DNA from: Octopus vulgaris
Taxonomy: Eukaryota
Assembly: GCA_951406725.2 (NCBI GenBank)
Contig: OX597817.1
Location: 107,570,001-107,634,000 of the forward strand
Direction of reading: 5' to 3'
DNA length: 64,000 nt
The translations under genes were made by a program, and so were the position numbers. The stretch's first letter is position 1; the number at the start of each line of letters is the position of its first letter. Under the pieces are notes generated by a model. It saw only the letters and a list, made by a program, of their open reading frames with translations, was not told the DNA's origin and made no database searches. Positions 27,012 through 41,180 of the stretch are shown here, in pieces.

Positions 27012-30000
27012 TTTATTAAGTGTGTGTGTGTGTGTGTAGCTACAAATGTATAGGATAGGACAAGTTTCCACTTGGGTTCCATCCACTAAATTTTGTCCAC
27101 AAGGCAATGATTGACCCAAGGCCACAGCAGAAGACACTTGTCCAAGGTGCTATGTCGTGGGATGGAACTTGAAATCATGTGGTTGCAAAGCAGCCCAATC
27201 ACACAGTCATGCCTATAAAGTACTATCATAAGGTTGGATGGACTGTTTCACAGATTTTGATGGGCCCAAGGACTGCATTTGTGCTCCAGTGTCTACTTTG
27301 GCTTGGATTCTAAGGCTAGATTCCCTTCCTAGCACCAAATTATTAGTCAGTTTGTTGTACCCTTCTTTGTCCCTCTTCTTCCCTGCCACTTCCAGGTAAA
27401 GGAGTTAAAAGTTTATAGTTTTTCTTTTCTTCTTGTCTCCATTACATAAGTGACATATGAATTCATAATTCTTTAATCAAGATACCAACTCATTATCCAC
27501 TTAGTTATTGTCACATTTTATTAGTTACCAGAGGGGAAAAAGTATCCACCTTTATAAGAATGATTGGAGGACTGACTGAGTCAAGAGCTCATTTTCCTTT
27601 TCCCCCAGAAGTTACAGTAATCATTTTTAGCTAAGAAGTATTTGCTATTAAAATTACTTAAGTGATTTTTTTTTGTATTTTTTTCTGCTTAATTAGTTGG
27701 AAATAAACTTAATGACATTGCTATTTATATTTTAGATTATCTCAATTCAAGTTAGATAGGATTAGACTTTCTTAATGCCATTAACATAGGCTTAACATTT
27801 ACCGTGGCCACTAATCTTTAATTGCTTTGGGTTTATTCATTGTCAGTCTGGTTTACTTTCTTCCAGAGTCCAAAGACTTTAAACTATGGAACAAAAAATA
27901 GGATTATTCCTGTGCAAATTAATTGACAATTGTTGGGCCAAACAATAGCAAAATAGTGTTTTTTAATTTTGGTTTCTGTTCCTGAATTCAGATTCCTGTT
28001 AAGATATAAGATAAACATCATTAATGTGATGGTTTTAATTCAATTTATTTACCATATATTCTCCATGTTAAGTTACATAGACACAAATCAGCACTGGTTG
28101 CCAAGTGGTAGTGGTGGGGATACACACACACGTGTGCATATGAGATGAGCTTCCACAAGTTTTCATGTACAGAATTCAATCACAAGGCATTGGTCAGCAT
28201 AGAGCTACAACAAAATACACTCGCCCCAGGTGCTGTGCAGTGGGATTGAACCCAAAACCTTGTGGTTGCAAAGTGAGCTTCATAACCACATAGCCCTGCC
28301 TGCATATATAATTGCCAATATTATGGCTTTAGTTACCTAATTCAGTAATTTTAAACATTGGGACCTTGTGCTGTTGCAAATTTGTTATGGGTGTCTCAAA
28401 TGTCTAATCCCAATGTGTAGATTTTTGGGTATGTATTAAATAAAGTATACATTCATAAATACTTTTATGAATCACAAGTTAAGAAAAATGACTTTTTGTT
28501 AAGGACAAATAAATAGATTGAAAATATTGATTTAATGTGATAGCTATTGCAATAAGCAGTGTATTTCACTGTTTATTATTGCTTAAAATTGTTAATCTTG
28601 GATTATTCTTTTTTTAAAGTTTTGATCATTAAAATTTTAGTTACTAGAGATTTTGAAGCTACTCAAGAAAAAAATTTTTCTGTTATGTTTTACCCACCTT
28701 ATATGTTGCATTTGTAAGTTTTCCTTTCATTAATGTAAGTCATCCCAATAATCCTATAAAGATATTCAGTCATATTGAATCTTTAGTATCTTAAAAGGAA
28801 TGATCTATTTTAAAGAAACATAGACATTGTATTTTTTGTTGTGATAATTTTTAAAGATATATTTTTAATCTCTTTAACTGGTCTGTGACTCTACTGGAGC
28901 ACCACATTCAAAGACTTCATTTAATCATATTGACTTCAGTACATATTTTAGACTGTTAGTTATATTATCTCTCTATATATCTTCTAAAGCTTTTCTATAT
29001 TACATAACTTGAAGGGATACAATATAAACACTGGTTTTTAGACTGGTGTGAACATAAATGCACACATACTGTGTCACATGTTAATATATATGCAGAAGCA
29101 TACATACACCCCTCTTTACACATGCATATGCTGAATGCTTGCATAGCTTCTCTACTAAATTCCACTCACAAGCTACTGATCAACCCAGGACTACAGTAAC
29201 AGGCACATACTGTGCCCAGTAGGATTGAAGTCTATAGATTTTGTTCAGACTCACTGGTCATTATCCTTAAGCCCTGTCCAACTTTATAAATCTAGGCTGC
29301 CTTCCCATCGCCTTATCTTCTGCTTCCCATACAACCTTGCACCCGCCCCCAAACTTCTACTCACCATATGCCTTCAGGGGGCCACCTGGACACCTCATCT
29401 CCACTATTTATCTCTTTGCAGCTTCTATTAATTTTTCTTTCCCTCTCCTACTAAATGTGAGTAACCATGCCTCTTTTCCACAAGAACCTACTCTGATCCC
29501 CTACTCTCTTGCACTTTAACTTCTCATCCCCTAGTATAAAGCAGACCCTCACTCCCTTTGAGTTCATAGTCTTCCAAGTTGCATGGCGATCTCAATAGTG
29601 CTTGCTGGTGGCATGAAAAAGACACCCAATACACAACGTAAAGTGATTGGTGTGAAGAAGGACATCCAGCCATGAGAAACCATGTTAAAGCAGACACTGG
29701 AGTATGATGCAGTCCTTGGATCCTGTCAAACTGTCCAACCTGTGCAAGCATGGAACATGAACGATAAATGATGATGATGAATTTGGTACTATGTATGAAC
29801 TCTGCTCACTTATCTACATTGTGGGAAAACATTAGTAAATGTATAGTTAGGTGTTAGTTGTGTATAATTTATATATCTAGTCCCTAAAAGCTTGATCGAT
29901 AAAAATAATGTAGCACAACTTCATTTTAAATTGGTTTGATTTGCCTACATTTCATATATAGGACAATGGTCTTGACAGAATTCTATATAAATATCAAAAT

Positions 30001-33000
30001 ATTATTTTTGTCCATTTTCAGGGAAAGAGAAGCAAATATCATTTCAATGAGCTGCATATTTTTAAAAAAATATTTTTTATGTATTTAATCTGAAGAAAGA
30101 GGCTGTGCCTGTTTTTTTTGAAGACTATGCAAGGCTAGCAACATTGATGTTGTTAATTTTCCTCTTCACTAGTTGCAGGAAGACCATGGCACCATGTTTG
30201 GTGACAGTGGCGTCGGCAGCAGTAGCGAATGTGTGTATGTGTGTGTGTGTAGGTGATGTCAGATGTCCAACATTCTGATGAGGAAGGATTAGCTGTGGTA
30301 GTTAATGCAGAAAGTAGTTGGTGGATGGACATAATATTATGTTAAGTGGAAATTGATGTAATACACCATTATAAACTTATTTTAGCTGAAGGACTTTGAC
30401 ATACATTTAATTGGATATGTTCATTTGATATAGTAGTAATGTTTATATTGTATACATTGTACTTGATGTTCTAATCCAAACATTCACTAGCAATATAGTT
30501 TACAATAAAACAGTTTTATAAGTACTTGTTCTCCTAAAAAATAAATTACAATGCTACTGGGTTTAGTCAGTAATATAGGAAATGATGCACTGACTATATT
30601 ACTTGTTGGATTAAATTAAATTTGGAATTATCTTTCTTAACTGTGCAATGGCTTATAATTAAATAATTTAAGCCTAAATCTTTTGGTATAGAATCATATC
30701 AAAGCTGATTACTATATTTGTTTTATCACTATCTTAGTGAAAGATAAATTTATAAGAGATTGCAGCATAAATTGAATGATGAATTATAAGAGAAAGCAGC
30801 GTCAGTATACATAAAAATCTTATAAAATGAAAGAAGCACTAATGAACAATAGTTATGATTACAACAAATTTTTATAAAAATGTTCTTGGAAACTTTATTA
30901 TAACACTAGGTTTGCTTTAGTGAAGCCAATGGATTTGAATGAGAAATATTCATTTTCAAAGAAAATTCAGTGTTAATAGCATCTTTGTTAGACTTAGCTG
31001 TGATTATGTTATTGATCTGTTTATTAAACTTTATTGTTAGTTTATAAAAGAAACCTGTTTTGTATTAACTTTAGTGAAACTTTCCTATCACATTGATTCA
31101 TTTTCTGAATCCTCCTTGTACTTTCACTAACACCATCAAATCATCAGTTTTGCACCCATTTTGGATGGAACTTCAGTATGTTGTTTCTTTAACTCTAGGA
31201 TAACACTAATCAAGCAAGTTTAGGATTAATAGCTGTGACTCTGAGTTTGCATCCAGGGCTAACATTATCCAATAACTTCTTTCTTATCTTTTATCTTGTT
31301 TTCAGGCATTGGACTGTAGCCATGCCGGCGTTCCACCTTGAAGGGTTTTACTCAAAGAAATTGACCCTAGTACTAATTTTAAGTCTGGTACTTATTCCAT
31401 TGGTTTATTTTGCCAGGCCTAAACAAATCAACACCAGTAGTTGAGTTGTGGGCAGGGGACAAACATAGAGACAAAGACACACCCACTAGATATATATACA
31501 TATATATATATATATGGTGATTGCTTCATCTTGATAGAGGATAGCCATCCCATCAACACACACACCACACCCCATCACACTGCACAATCCCTCCATTGAT
31601 GAGCCCTCAGATGATTTTTAAAACCAGCTGCTAACTGACAGGGTTTAAATCACAAGTGGCATATTATTCAAGTTTCTTTTTCACATTTGTAAATGGTGCT
31701 CCAGCATGACCACAGCTTTAAAGTTGAAACAAGTTAGAGTACACACACATAGATGATGGGCTTGCACACAGTTTCTGTCTATCAAATTCACTCACAAAGC
31801 ATTAGTCAGCTCAAGGATGTCATAGAAAACACATGCCCAAGATGCCAAGCTAACCACATGACACTACTTCAGTGGCTCATATTCTTGATCTATATATCCT
31901 GATACTGTTTTCTAAACCACCATGTGCAGCAGTCTCTCCCATGACTCAGCCTGTTCTAAATCTCAGATTTTCCGTTGTTACAGCAACACTGAACACTTTT
32001 TTTTTCACCAAGCATGTATCCAACTTTTGTCTTTTATATGCCTCTAGATGTTTATCACTGCGTATTTCTATCATTGTTTTATTATCACTGTCCAAACCAA
32101 AATACATTTTTTAAATGTCAAATTTTATGAAAAAAATAAACAGGAAATCTAGATTTCTATTATTTTTCTCTGTACTATTTTATTGATTTATTTGAATTGT
32201 CACTTATTATAAGTTAAATACAAATTTACGCCTTTGTAAAAAAAGGTATGTAAACACTAACCAACTAGAAGCAGCAGCCATTTCCCCTTGAATCTTATCT
32301 TACCAAATTAAAAGCAGAACAGTGAGTTTGATGATGTAATCGTTGATAAATTGTTTGAAATTAATATGGAATTTGGAACAGTTTGATCATAAATCTGTTT
32401 GATTGGTACTGACCTGGCAGGTTGAACAACAAGTGAATGTGTATGCATTCTTCTCTCAAAAGATTCAAGATAAACAATAAGTTTGTTTTAATTTATTGCC
32501 TAGCTATGCCTTATTTATTTAGTTTTGACAGATATTGATTTTATTGGAGAGATATTTCATTGCATTGTATACCATTGGGTCTAAGGCTTGTGTGGTTCAT
32601 CTTCATTTTGAACTCTTGGAAATACATTTCAGCTATGGGTTCCTGTGAGAAAACTTTGATATTAATATTCTAATGCTTTTATTCTTATCATCATCCACAT
32701 CATGTTGATGAGGATGATGATAATCACTCTCAGCATGCTGGATGACATAGAGTGCTCTAATGCTATGTATGATTAGCTAAGAATGTGAGCATAGTGGAGT
32801 TCCTATTTCTTGTAGTTAGTAGTCCACAGTGGGGTTTGAACTTTGAATGCAAAGAGCTAGAACTAATGTTGTAAAGCATTCTAACAATTTCACCTGCCAT
32901 ATACTCCAGGCAGGTACTTTATTTATCGACCTTGAAAGGATGAAAGGCAAAGTTGATCATGGCAGGATTTGAAGTTAGAATGCAAAGGACTAGAATAAAT

Positions 33001-34058
33001 ATTGCAAAACATTTTGCCAGACATTCTAATACTTCTTCCAATAAACCACATTATGCTGGCATATGTAACATATTTAGTATGATTACCATTCCGATATTGA
33101 TAATTTTGAAGTTTGATACATTATTACATAATTTTTCCTGATATCTTTCATGTATGTATGTGATTAAAATAATGATTGATTCTTCTCTTCATAAGTGTAA
33201 TTTTTATGAATTAAAATGATGATTTGGCTCACAACATTATGAAGCTAGCACTCCTTTTACTAATTACTTTTCATACAGAAGGTGTTTGTGGGTAATTTTC
33301 CCTACAATCAATTTTTTTTTTAAGTCATTACACTGCTCAGTATTAAAAAAAATCTTTCACACTTCTCTCTCATCATTTAAGATTTGCAGTGACAATTTTG
33401 TTAAGATTTAATAAAACTTAAACATACCCTCAATTGGCATTGTACTGCCAAAGATCAAATTTACTCCTATATTTTATTTTTAATTTAGTTTAATTTGTAT
33501 TTTATGTTTGATTTAAATGGTGGGGTCGTTTTCTCTGGCCATTAAGATAATAATTGGTTCTTTTCACTGATGATGTACTTTTAATGAATCAATATTTCTT
33601 CATTCACTAAATTAAATTTGTTAGCTTTCCACTACTAATTGACTAATTATATAGCTTACTATAATTTTTATATTAAGCATATTATTGCCATTATACATGC
33701 CATTCTACAATATCTCACAGCTGTGGAAGATATCTGATATAAGATGCCTATGTGTAATAAAATCATAAAGGAATCTCTAGGAGTCAGGTGGGTCATTTGA
33801 CCTGCCAAATCTCTCTTAAATCACATCCTACTGTTTTGAAAAAAGGAAGCACATGTTGCACAGTGTGGTTCTACATATGCTATGCCTAGCAGGAACACCT
33901 TTGATTACAGGTCTGATTGATCAGTGATGACTTATGGACAAACAACAACAGCTTATGCATAATGAGTTTAACATTGAATGAGTTTGTTATACACTATCCA
34001 TTACACAAAACTTGTAATTCATCTTAAGCTCTTGAAAGTATTTCAGGACTCCCAATCT

Positions 34059-34594
34059 AAATACAGTTCTATATTTAAGAGATGAGGAAGTATGTACATT
34101 ATTTACATTATTTATATTATTTACATTTGATGGATATCTGTCCTTATCTTGTTTATTGTTAACACAGCTTTTGGCTGGTATGCCCTCCAGCCTTCATCAG
34201 GTGTCTTGGGGAAATTTCGAACCTCAGTTCTCATTCCTAAGGTATTTTTGATGTTATTATTATTATTATTATTATTCAGGTCACTGCCTGGAATCAAACT
34301 TGGAATCTTGGGATTAGTAGCCCATGCTCTTAATCACTATGCCATATGCCCACGGGTATATGGCATATGCATAGTGGTTAAGATCGTGGGCTACTAATCC
34401 CAAGATTCCAAGTTCGATTCCAGGCAGTGACCTGAATAATAATAATAATAATAATAACAGAAAAATGCCTTAGGAACGAGAACCCAGGTTCAAAATTTCC
34501 CCAAGACGCCTGATGAAGGCTGGTGGGTATATCAGCCGAAAGGTTGTGTTAACAACAAACGAGATGAGGACAAATATCCGTCAAATGTAAATAA
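34059..34594. mobile_element. Palindromic element: two head-to-head units of [tRNA-type head + (AAT)n + hammerhead], with 9-bp TSD
   Basis: Arms 34116-34351 and 34354-34594 with a 2-bp spacer. TSD tcccaatct at 34050-34058 and 34595-34603. A box tggcatagtg; B box gttcgattc at about 34412-34420. Confidence 0.85.
34505..34550 (+). ncRNA. Minimal type I hammerhead motif (right arm)
   Basis: gacgc-CTGATGA-a-ggctggt..atcagcc-GAAA-ggt-t-gtgtt. Stems I and II pair; stem III reads AGGT rather than palindromic ACGT. The mirror copy at about 34161-34205 (-) has GAAA>AAAA. Confidence 0.7.
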
Positions 34595-34969
34595 TCCCAA
34601 TCTGAAGTTGAGTACTAGATCTGCTTGTTAAAGCCATAAGGATACTTGAACTCAGAGTTATTTGCTAACGAACCACTTGTCAAATGAATTGTTTCTAACC
34701 AACATGAAAAGATGTTAGCTATGTTAATTGTGCCATTTGAGAGGTTGATGTATTGGCTAGGAATATGATCTAGTGTGAGTGACACGATTCAAACTGCCAA
34801 TACCTTGTTCGTTATTGTTGTTATTTTGTTTTCATTTAATATCACAATTGGTGAGCAATCAGAAAGCCAATCAGAAAGAAGTGTGAAACTCAGTACAGAA
34901 TAAATATCAAAAGGAACTTTGTTCAAAATGCAGTTTTTTTTCACTTCTCAAATTATTGTTTACATCCAT

Positions 34970-36235
34970 GTCATCCCATAAATAATGCGGTTTTTTTCAA
35001 TTGCATGAACTAAATGTTGGAGGGAGACAGGATAAATTACATGCATCAACTTACTATAAAATCAGGTAATAATTGTGCTTATTCTTTGTGCAAGTTTTGA
35101 AGAGTGCAGTTTGATTTTAATTGTTATATTTCCAAAGCTATAAAGGAAGTGACTAAGGAGCATATTCAGCATATTTTGCTTTATAAATTTAATAAAGGCA
35201 ACAATGTAACAGAAAGTATGAGGAATATTAATGCAGTATATGAGGATCAGACAATAAGTGTAAACCAGTGTCAATGGTGGTTCCAGAAATAGTGAGCTGG
35301 AAACTATAGCCTAGAAGATGAGCCTCATGCTGGAAGATCTGTAGAGCTTGATGAGATCCTGCAAACCCTGGTGGAACAAAATCCCTTTGTAACTGTTGAG
35401 GAACTAGCAGAGAAGCTTGGATTTGGTCATTCAATCACTCATCTACACCTGCGTGTCATTGGAAAAGTCAGCAAATTGGGTCAGTGGGTTCCTCACAAAC
35501 TTTCCAAGTTTAATTGTGTACAGAGAGTGAATGTGTACTCTTCTTTGCTGTCATGTCTCACAAATGAACCTTTTTGAGACTGAATAATGACTGGTGATGA
35601 GAAATGGATTCTCTATAAAAAAGTCAAGTGCTGAAGACAGTGGGTAGGGAAAGGAGAAACACCAGTACCCCTGGCCAAAGAAGATCTTCAACCATGTAAG
35701 GTGTTGTAATCTGCTTAGTGGGATATGAAAGGTTTAGTCCACTTTTAAACCCAAACCAACTGATAAGAAGGGAGATATACTGCAAGCAGCTTGAGCAGCT
35801 TAAGTCAGCACTAGAAGAAAAACAACCATCTTTGGTTTCAAGATGAAAGGTGTTCTTCCATTAGGATAATGCTCAGCCACATACAGCAAGGATGACATTC
35901 CAGAGGTTGGAGCAGTTTGAATGTGAAACGATGCCCCACCCACCATATTCGCTAGACATTTTGCCATCTGATTATCATTTATTCTGCAGTCTTCAAAATC
36001 ATTTTGATGGAAAAAATTTGAATTCTGTAGATCAGGTCAGAAGAGTTCTGGAGGGGTATTTTTTGTTACGGACAAGTGAATTTTGGAAGAGAGGCCTTGC
36101 AAGTCTACCAAATAAATGGAAAAGCATTGTAGAAAATGAAGGAAAGTATAGTTTAGATTAAAAAAGAATTTGTTTATCTTAATTTTGAAAAATAAAAGTA
36201 GTAAAAAAGCTCCACATTATTTATGGGATGACCCA

Positions 36236-36236
<1 letters not shown>
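34970..36236 (+). mobile_element. Near full-length mariner (D34D), transposase inactivated
   Basis: TIRs gtcatcccataaataatg / cattatttatgggatgacccaa|TA. Motifs GQWVPHKL, MTGDEKW, DNAQPH and PPYSLDILPSDYHLF with D-34-D spacing. Multiple stops. Confidence 0.95.
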
Positions 36237-36310
<74 letters not shown>

Positions 36311-37358
36311 ATACACACACACACACAACATTGGTAAAGAGTGTAAACACTGGTGTGAGTGCATAAGGTACGCACATGTGTATGTATAGATACACAGACA
36401 TGCATGTACATGCACACATGGGCACAAACACATGTATATTTACACACACTCCATAGGCTTCCACACAAAGCCCTTTTTTTCTCTACCAAATTTCATTCAC
36501 AAAGAATCCAAGGTTATGGATAATAACATTTTCTATGCAGTACTATTGAACTCTGAATCCTATAGCTGCAAAGTGAACTTCTTAGACACATAGTTTCTGA
36601 TTTAGGCAATTTGGAAGAAGAGACCAGATGACTAAATTGACCTCAGTACTTGATTGGTATTTAATTTTATTGACTCTTGAGGGATGAAAGACAAAATTGA
36701 ACTTAAAGAGCCTGAAGAAACACTGCAAGGACTGACTTTGTCAAATTTTCTAATAGTGCTGACAAATCTTTCTTGTAATAATAATTGGGTGTTTTGTTCA
36801 TATAGTGTTTAATGAAAGAAGTAGATAGCCATTAATAGTATGTTGGCTCTTTGGCAACAAACCAGTCATTAACAAATTCCTTAGCCATGGTAAAGCGGCA
36901 TTTTTGTTTGGTAGTCAGAGTTTGGTTGCAAAATGATGGATAGGTAGGCAGATAGGTAGACAGACACATAAAATGACTGTATAATTATATCCACACATGT
37001 ACACATATATGAAGACTATTTACATATGTATATATAAATTCTGTGTGTGGATGTGTAACTCTCTCTTTCATATATATATATATATATATATATCATTACC
37101 ATCATCATGTCTGTTTTCCATGCTAGTATGAGTTGGGAAGTTTAACAAGATTTGGTGATCTGCAGGGCAGCATTGAGCTACAATGACATGGTTTCTATAA
37201 CAGGATGCCCTTCCTAATGTCAACCTCTTTGCAGTGTGTACAGGCGCTTTTTTTCAAGCCTATGGCACTAGCAAACTCATCAAGTATTTTGTATGATAGG
37301 AAAATAACATGTATGTAGATGAATGTATATGTGTGTGCATGTGTGCGTGCTTGTCTAA

Positions 37359-37628
37359 CCCTTTTAGCATTTAGATTACTCTGTCAAGTATAATGTTTAT
37401 TTATTCACATTGATTTGAATTAGTCATGTATTATCTTGTAGCTTTGGAATTTCACTGATGTGAATGTTTATTTTTAGGGTTAGGGGCTGGGTTAGGGTTA
37501 GAGTTAGAGGGTTTGAAGGATTAGGGTTTAATATTGTAGGGTAAGTGCGGCAGGCCAGATGTGGCCAGTCAGAACATAAAACAAGTAGCATATTTTGGCT
37601 GGACATAGCTTGTCTAAATGTTAAAGGG
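37359..37628. mobile_element. piggyBac-like MITE containing a TTAGGG-like tract
   Basis: cTAA|cccttttagcatttaga ... tctaaatgttaaaggg|TTAA. Telomeric-like tract at 37474-37530. Confidence 0.75.
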
Positions 37629-39805
37629 TTAACAACAGCAACAAAATGAACAATAGTACAAAATGATCCAAGCTTTTGGCAAACAAGGTGGTTACAGGCT
37701 AACTTTTAGAAAGAAAAAAAACAAGAGATAACTTCCTTCATCAGCCACCAAACAAAATGATACTAATTGCAGAATGGCAAAAGTAAAATTAATGTTCTAT
37801 ACTCAAGAACTGCCTTTCTTTCTTATTATTTGTAAATTATCTATATTCACAAAACATATCCATCTGGATATATTTTGAACATGTATCAGTACACAAATGG
37901 CTTTCCCTATCAACTTGTTTTCCCACTGCTTTAGCTATTTTTTTACCCACTAAGACTAAATTTAGGGAGTAGTGATGGGCAAAAGACCAGTGTATGTAGC
38001 ATTTGTGTACACACACACACACACACAATGTCAAAAAATGTGTGGACTGTATGATAGCTTTCTGTATTGAGAGGTATGTTAGGCATACATCAAAGACATT
38101 TTCATAAAAATTGTGTCTTAACCAATAACTGCATAACCAAAATTGAAAAGAACATGCCAAAAGCAAACATCATGAACAGATCCACTAACAATAATAATAA
38201 TAATAATAATGAAATTTAACATAGGTACAATATCAGAAAGAGCAGTTGATTATATTGACTCAGTATTTGATTGGCACTATTTTCTGTACACAAGCATAAA
38301 ATATCTATGTGCGTGTGAATATATTTCATATTTGTGGTTGTATTCATTGTTTGTTGCAGCTCAGGAAGTAATGCCAAATGAGATGATTATCTCTTAAACT
38401 GTTTTCTCTCAATATTGCTTATATTTTATAGAGAATTTAAGGATTTTGCATTTTCGTTAAAAATAACAAAGCAAATTGATATGTTTAATGCGCTATTAAA
38501 ATAAAAGGAAGATTAATTAAAAATAAAAAAAAATAATATCCCATTCCTCTTCTGTATTCTCTTCAAAGGTGTTCTAAAAATAAAACATCATTGAATGTTA
38601 GTTAAGAAGCAATGTAACCTGATCAATTGTAATTGATTTGAATGTGTTAAGTTTTATTGATCTTCAAATGGTTGTAATTTTAAAATAAATTTTTGATTTA
38701 CTTTTTCAAAAATTGTGAAATGTAGTTACTTAAACTTAACAAAATTTATCCAACTAATGTTTAGATAAGTGTCGTACCAAAAAATCTCAGATTAAATTTT
38801 GATAATTTTTTGTTACCTTCTTGATCATTGATGTTTTTTTTCTTCTTTTCTTTCCTTGCTTGGCAAATCCTGTTCCAATACATAAATGGTTGAATAACTT
38901 CAGTAATTAGGATAAACTATGAAGAAATGTTTTGGTGAGCAAGTAATGACATTTTTGACCTTTTAGATATAAGTTTAGTGAGAGATAACTTAAGAAGATA
39001 TTCTTCCAAGTAAAATGTCAGTAAAATTATTCTGTATTCATATAGATAACTTGGCAAAGATTTTCAGTATGCTACAACCACTCATTTATCTAAGGATTTT
39101 AATTAGCTTTAATGCAAATAACATAGATTTGCTAATTTAATTACCAGTTAAGAATTTATTATTGTTAATCTTTAACTTTTATCATCTACTTGTTTCAGTC
39201 ATTGGACTGTAACCATGCAGGAATACTGTTTTGAATGGTTTAGTCAAACAAATTGACCCTAGTACTTATTTTTTTTAAAGTCTGGTACTTATTCTGTTAG
39301 TTTCTTTTGCCAAACTGCTAAATTCAGGATTCAAGCAAACCAGGTCCTTAAATAGTAAAGCACCAAGGTCGGGTCAGTGAGATTGCTATCATGTGCAAAA
39401 CAACATTTGACTGAAGTTTGCCTGGAAATCAGGAAAAGGCACATACTTTGATTTGTTGGAATGCTTTTTTAAAATGTTTAATTCATGTATATATTCACCT
39501 GAGGAAAACCCTTTTCTTCTCACATGATGTAATAAATCTGTCTGTCTAATATATATATATTTCATTTATTTCCTCAGTATTCTCTGCTGACAAGGAAAAA
39601 AACTCCTTAGGTTAATCCAGAAACAACTATTTTTATGAATTTCTGTTAGCTTGTTCCCTTGATTTTTGACACGTGTGTAATGATAATAGTGTTGATATTT
39701 AATGTGGTTGGATGATTTAGTGTTTCCTTTCAGCATATAGGCAACAATTTTTTCTATGCCCTTAATTATAATTACATATTTCACCATTGTAGGTCTATGT
39801 ATGTA

Positions 39806-39862
<57 letters not shown>

Positions 39863-40173
39863 ATGTATGTATGTAAATATGCATGTATGTATATATGTGT
39901 ATGTATACATGCACACCTGACAGGCTTCCACACAGTTTCTGTTTACTAAATTCACTTCTAAAGTATAATTACCATCTTAAGGATGATGATGTTCATCATC
40001 ATTATACATCTTGTATAGGTCTTGTAATTTGCTGCTGTCCATTGTCCTCTTCCTTGTGTACTTTAGCCTCCTGTGACCAGCTTTAATCACATTTCTCATG
40101 ATTTCCTCGAAATCCATCTACTTCTGGTTTGTTCTATATGGATTGTTTGGCACTTCTTTACCCAGTTGGCATT

Positions 40174-40469
40174 TTTTGTTTGTTCCTTCTTGAGGCATAC
40201 CTGGCTCATAAGGGCTGTTTTCCTAGTTTCCTTGGCGTATAGGTTCCCCATCTGGATGGGATGCTGGTCCGTCGCAGGTGAGCTGCAAAATGCAGGAGGA
40301 AAGAATGAGAGAAAGAGCCAGCAGAAGTTTGCCATTACCTTCTGTTGGAGCCGCGTGGAGCTTAGGTGTTTCACTCATAAACACACACATCGCCCGGTCT
40401 GAGATTTGAACCCATGCTCCCTCGACTGCAAGTCCACTGCTTTAACCACTAGGCCATGTGCCTCTACAT
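40174..40469 (-). mobile_element. Full-length tRNA-derived SINE with 12-bp TSD, nested in an RTE 3' fragment
   Basis: TSD ccagttggcatt at 40162-40173 and 40470-40481. Head tggcctagtggtt...gggttcaaatc; (AAAC)n tail. The flank translates on the minus strand as WVKKC-TI-IE-TRSR, like the RTE C-terminus. Confidence 0.85.
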
Positions 40470-40734
40470 CCAGTTGGCATTCACTTCATAGAGTACATTT
40501 GATGCTCACTAAAGATTTGATTTTTTTTTTCTTATCAATTTTGTAATGATCAGTTGAGTATGTACTATTCTGTGTGATCTAATTGTGTTTTAACCTTTCA
40601 ATTTACATTGCTTGCTACACTTGGAAAATGATTATATTTTATGAATCCTGTGATGAAATGATAAATTCCTGGAATTAATGTCACATGAAATGATAATATG
40701 AATAATGTTACTCTTCAATATTTCATGAGATGAA

Positions 40735-41180
40735 GGCAACAAGCTGACAGAATCATTAGCAGGCAAAATGCTAGTGGTATTTTGTCTATCTTCACATTCC
40801 GAATTCAAGTTCCACTGAGTTCAATTTCGCTTTTCATCCCTTTTGGGGCTGAAAAAATAAGTACTAGTTGAACAATGGGGATGATGTAATCAACTTATCC
40901 CCTTCCCTGAAATTGCTGGTCTTGTGCCAAAATTTGAAATCAATATTTTTTAGTAATATAAGGTGGTGAGCTGGCAGAATCGTTAGCATGCCAAGCAAAG
41001 TGCTTAGTGGTACTTTTGTCTGTCTTTGTGTTCTGAGTTCAAATTCCGTTGGCGTTACCATTGCTTTTCATCCCTTTCAGGGTCAATAAAATAAGTACCA
41101 GTTTAACACTGGGGTTTTATGGTATTGAATTACATCCTCTCTCGAAATTACTGGCCTTATGTAAACATTTGAAATCAGCA
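40735..41180 (+). mobile_element. Two tandem copies of a SINE family
   Basis: Both copies have (g)agctg-cagaatc-ttagca...gagttcaa...cttttcatccctt--ggg--aaaataagtac. Other copies at 50612-50815 and 51933-52040. Confidence 0.75.

Noticed and set aside
30274-30290. Isolated CTGATGAG
   Set aside because: No stem II closing onto a GAAA and no stem I; expected by chance.
34354-34432. Possible tRNA gene
   Set aside because: A/B boxes are present but the acceptor and T stems do not pair; it is a tRNA-derived head within a repeat.
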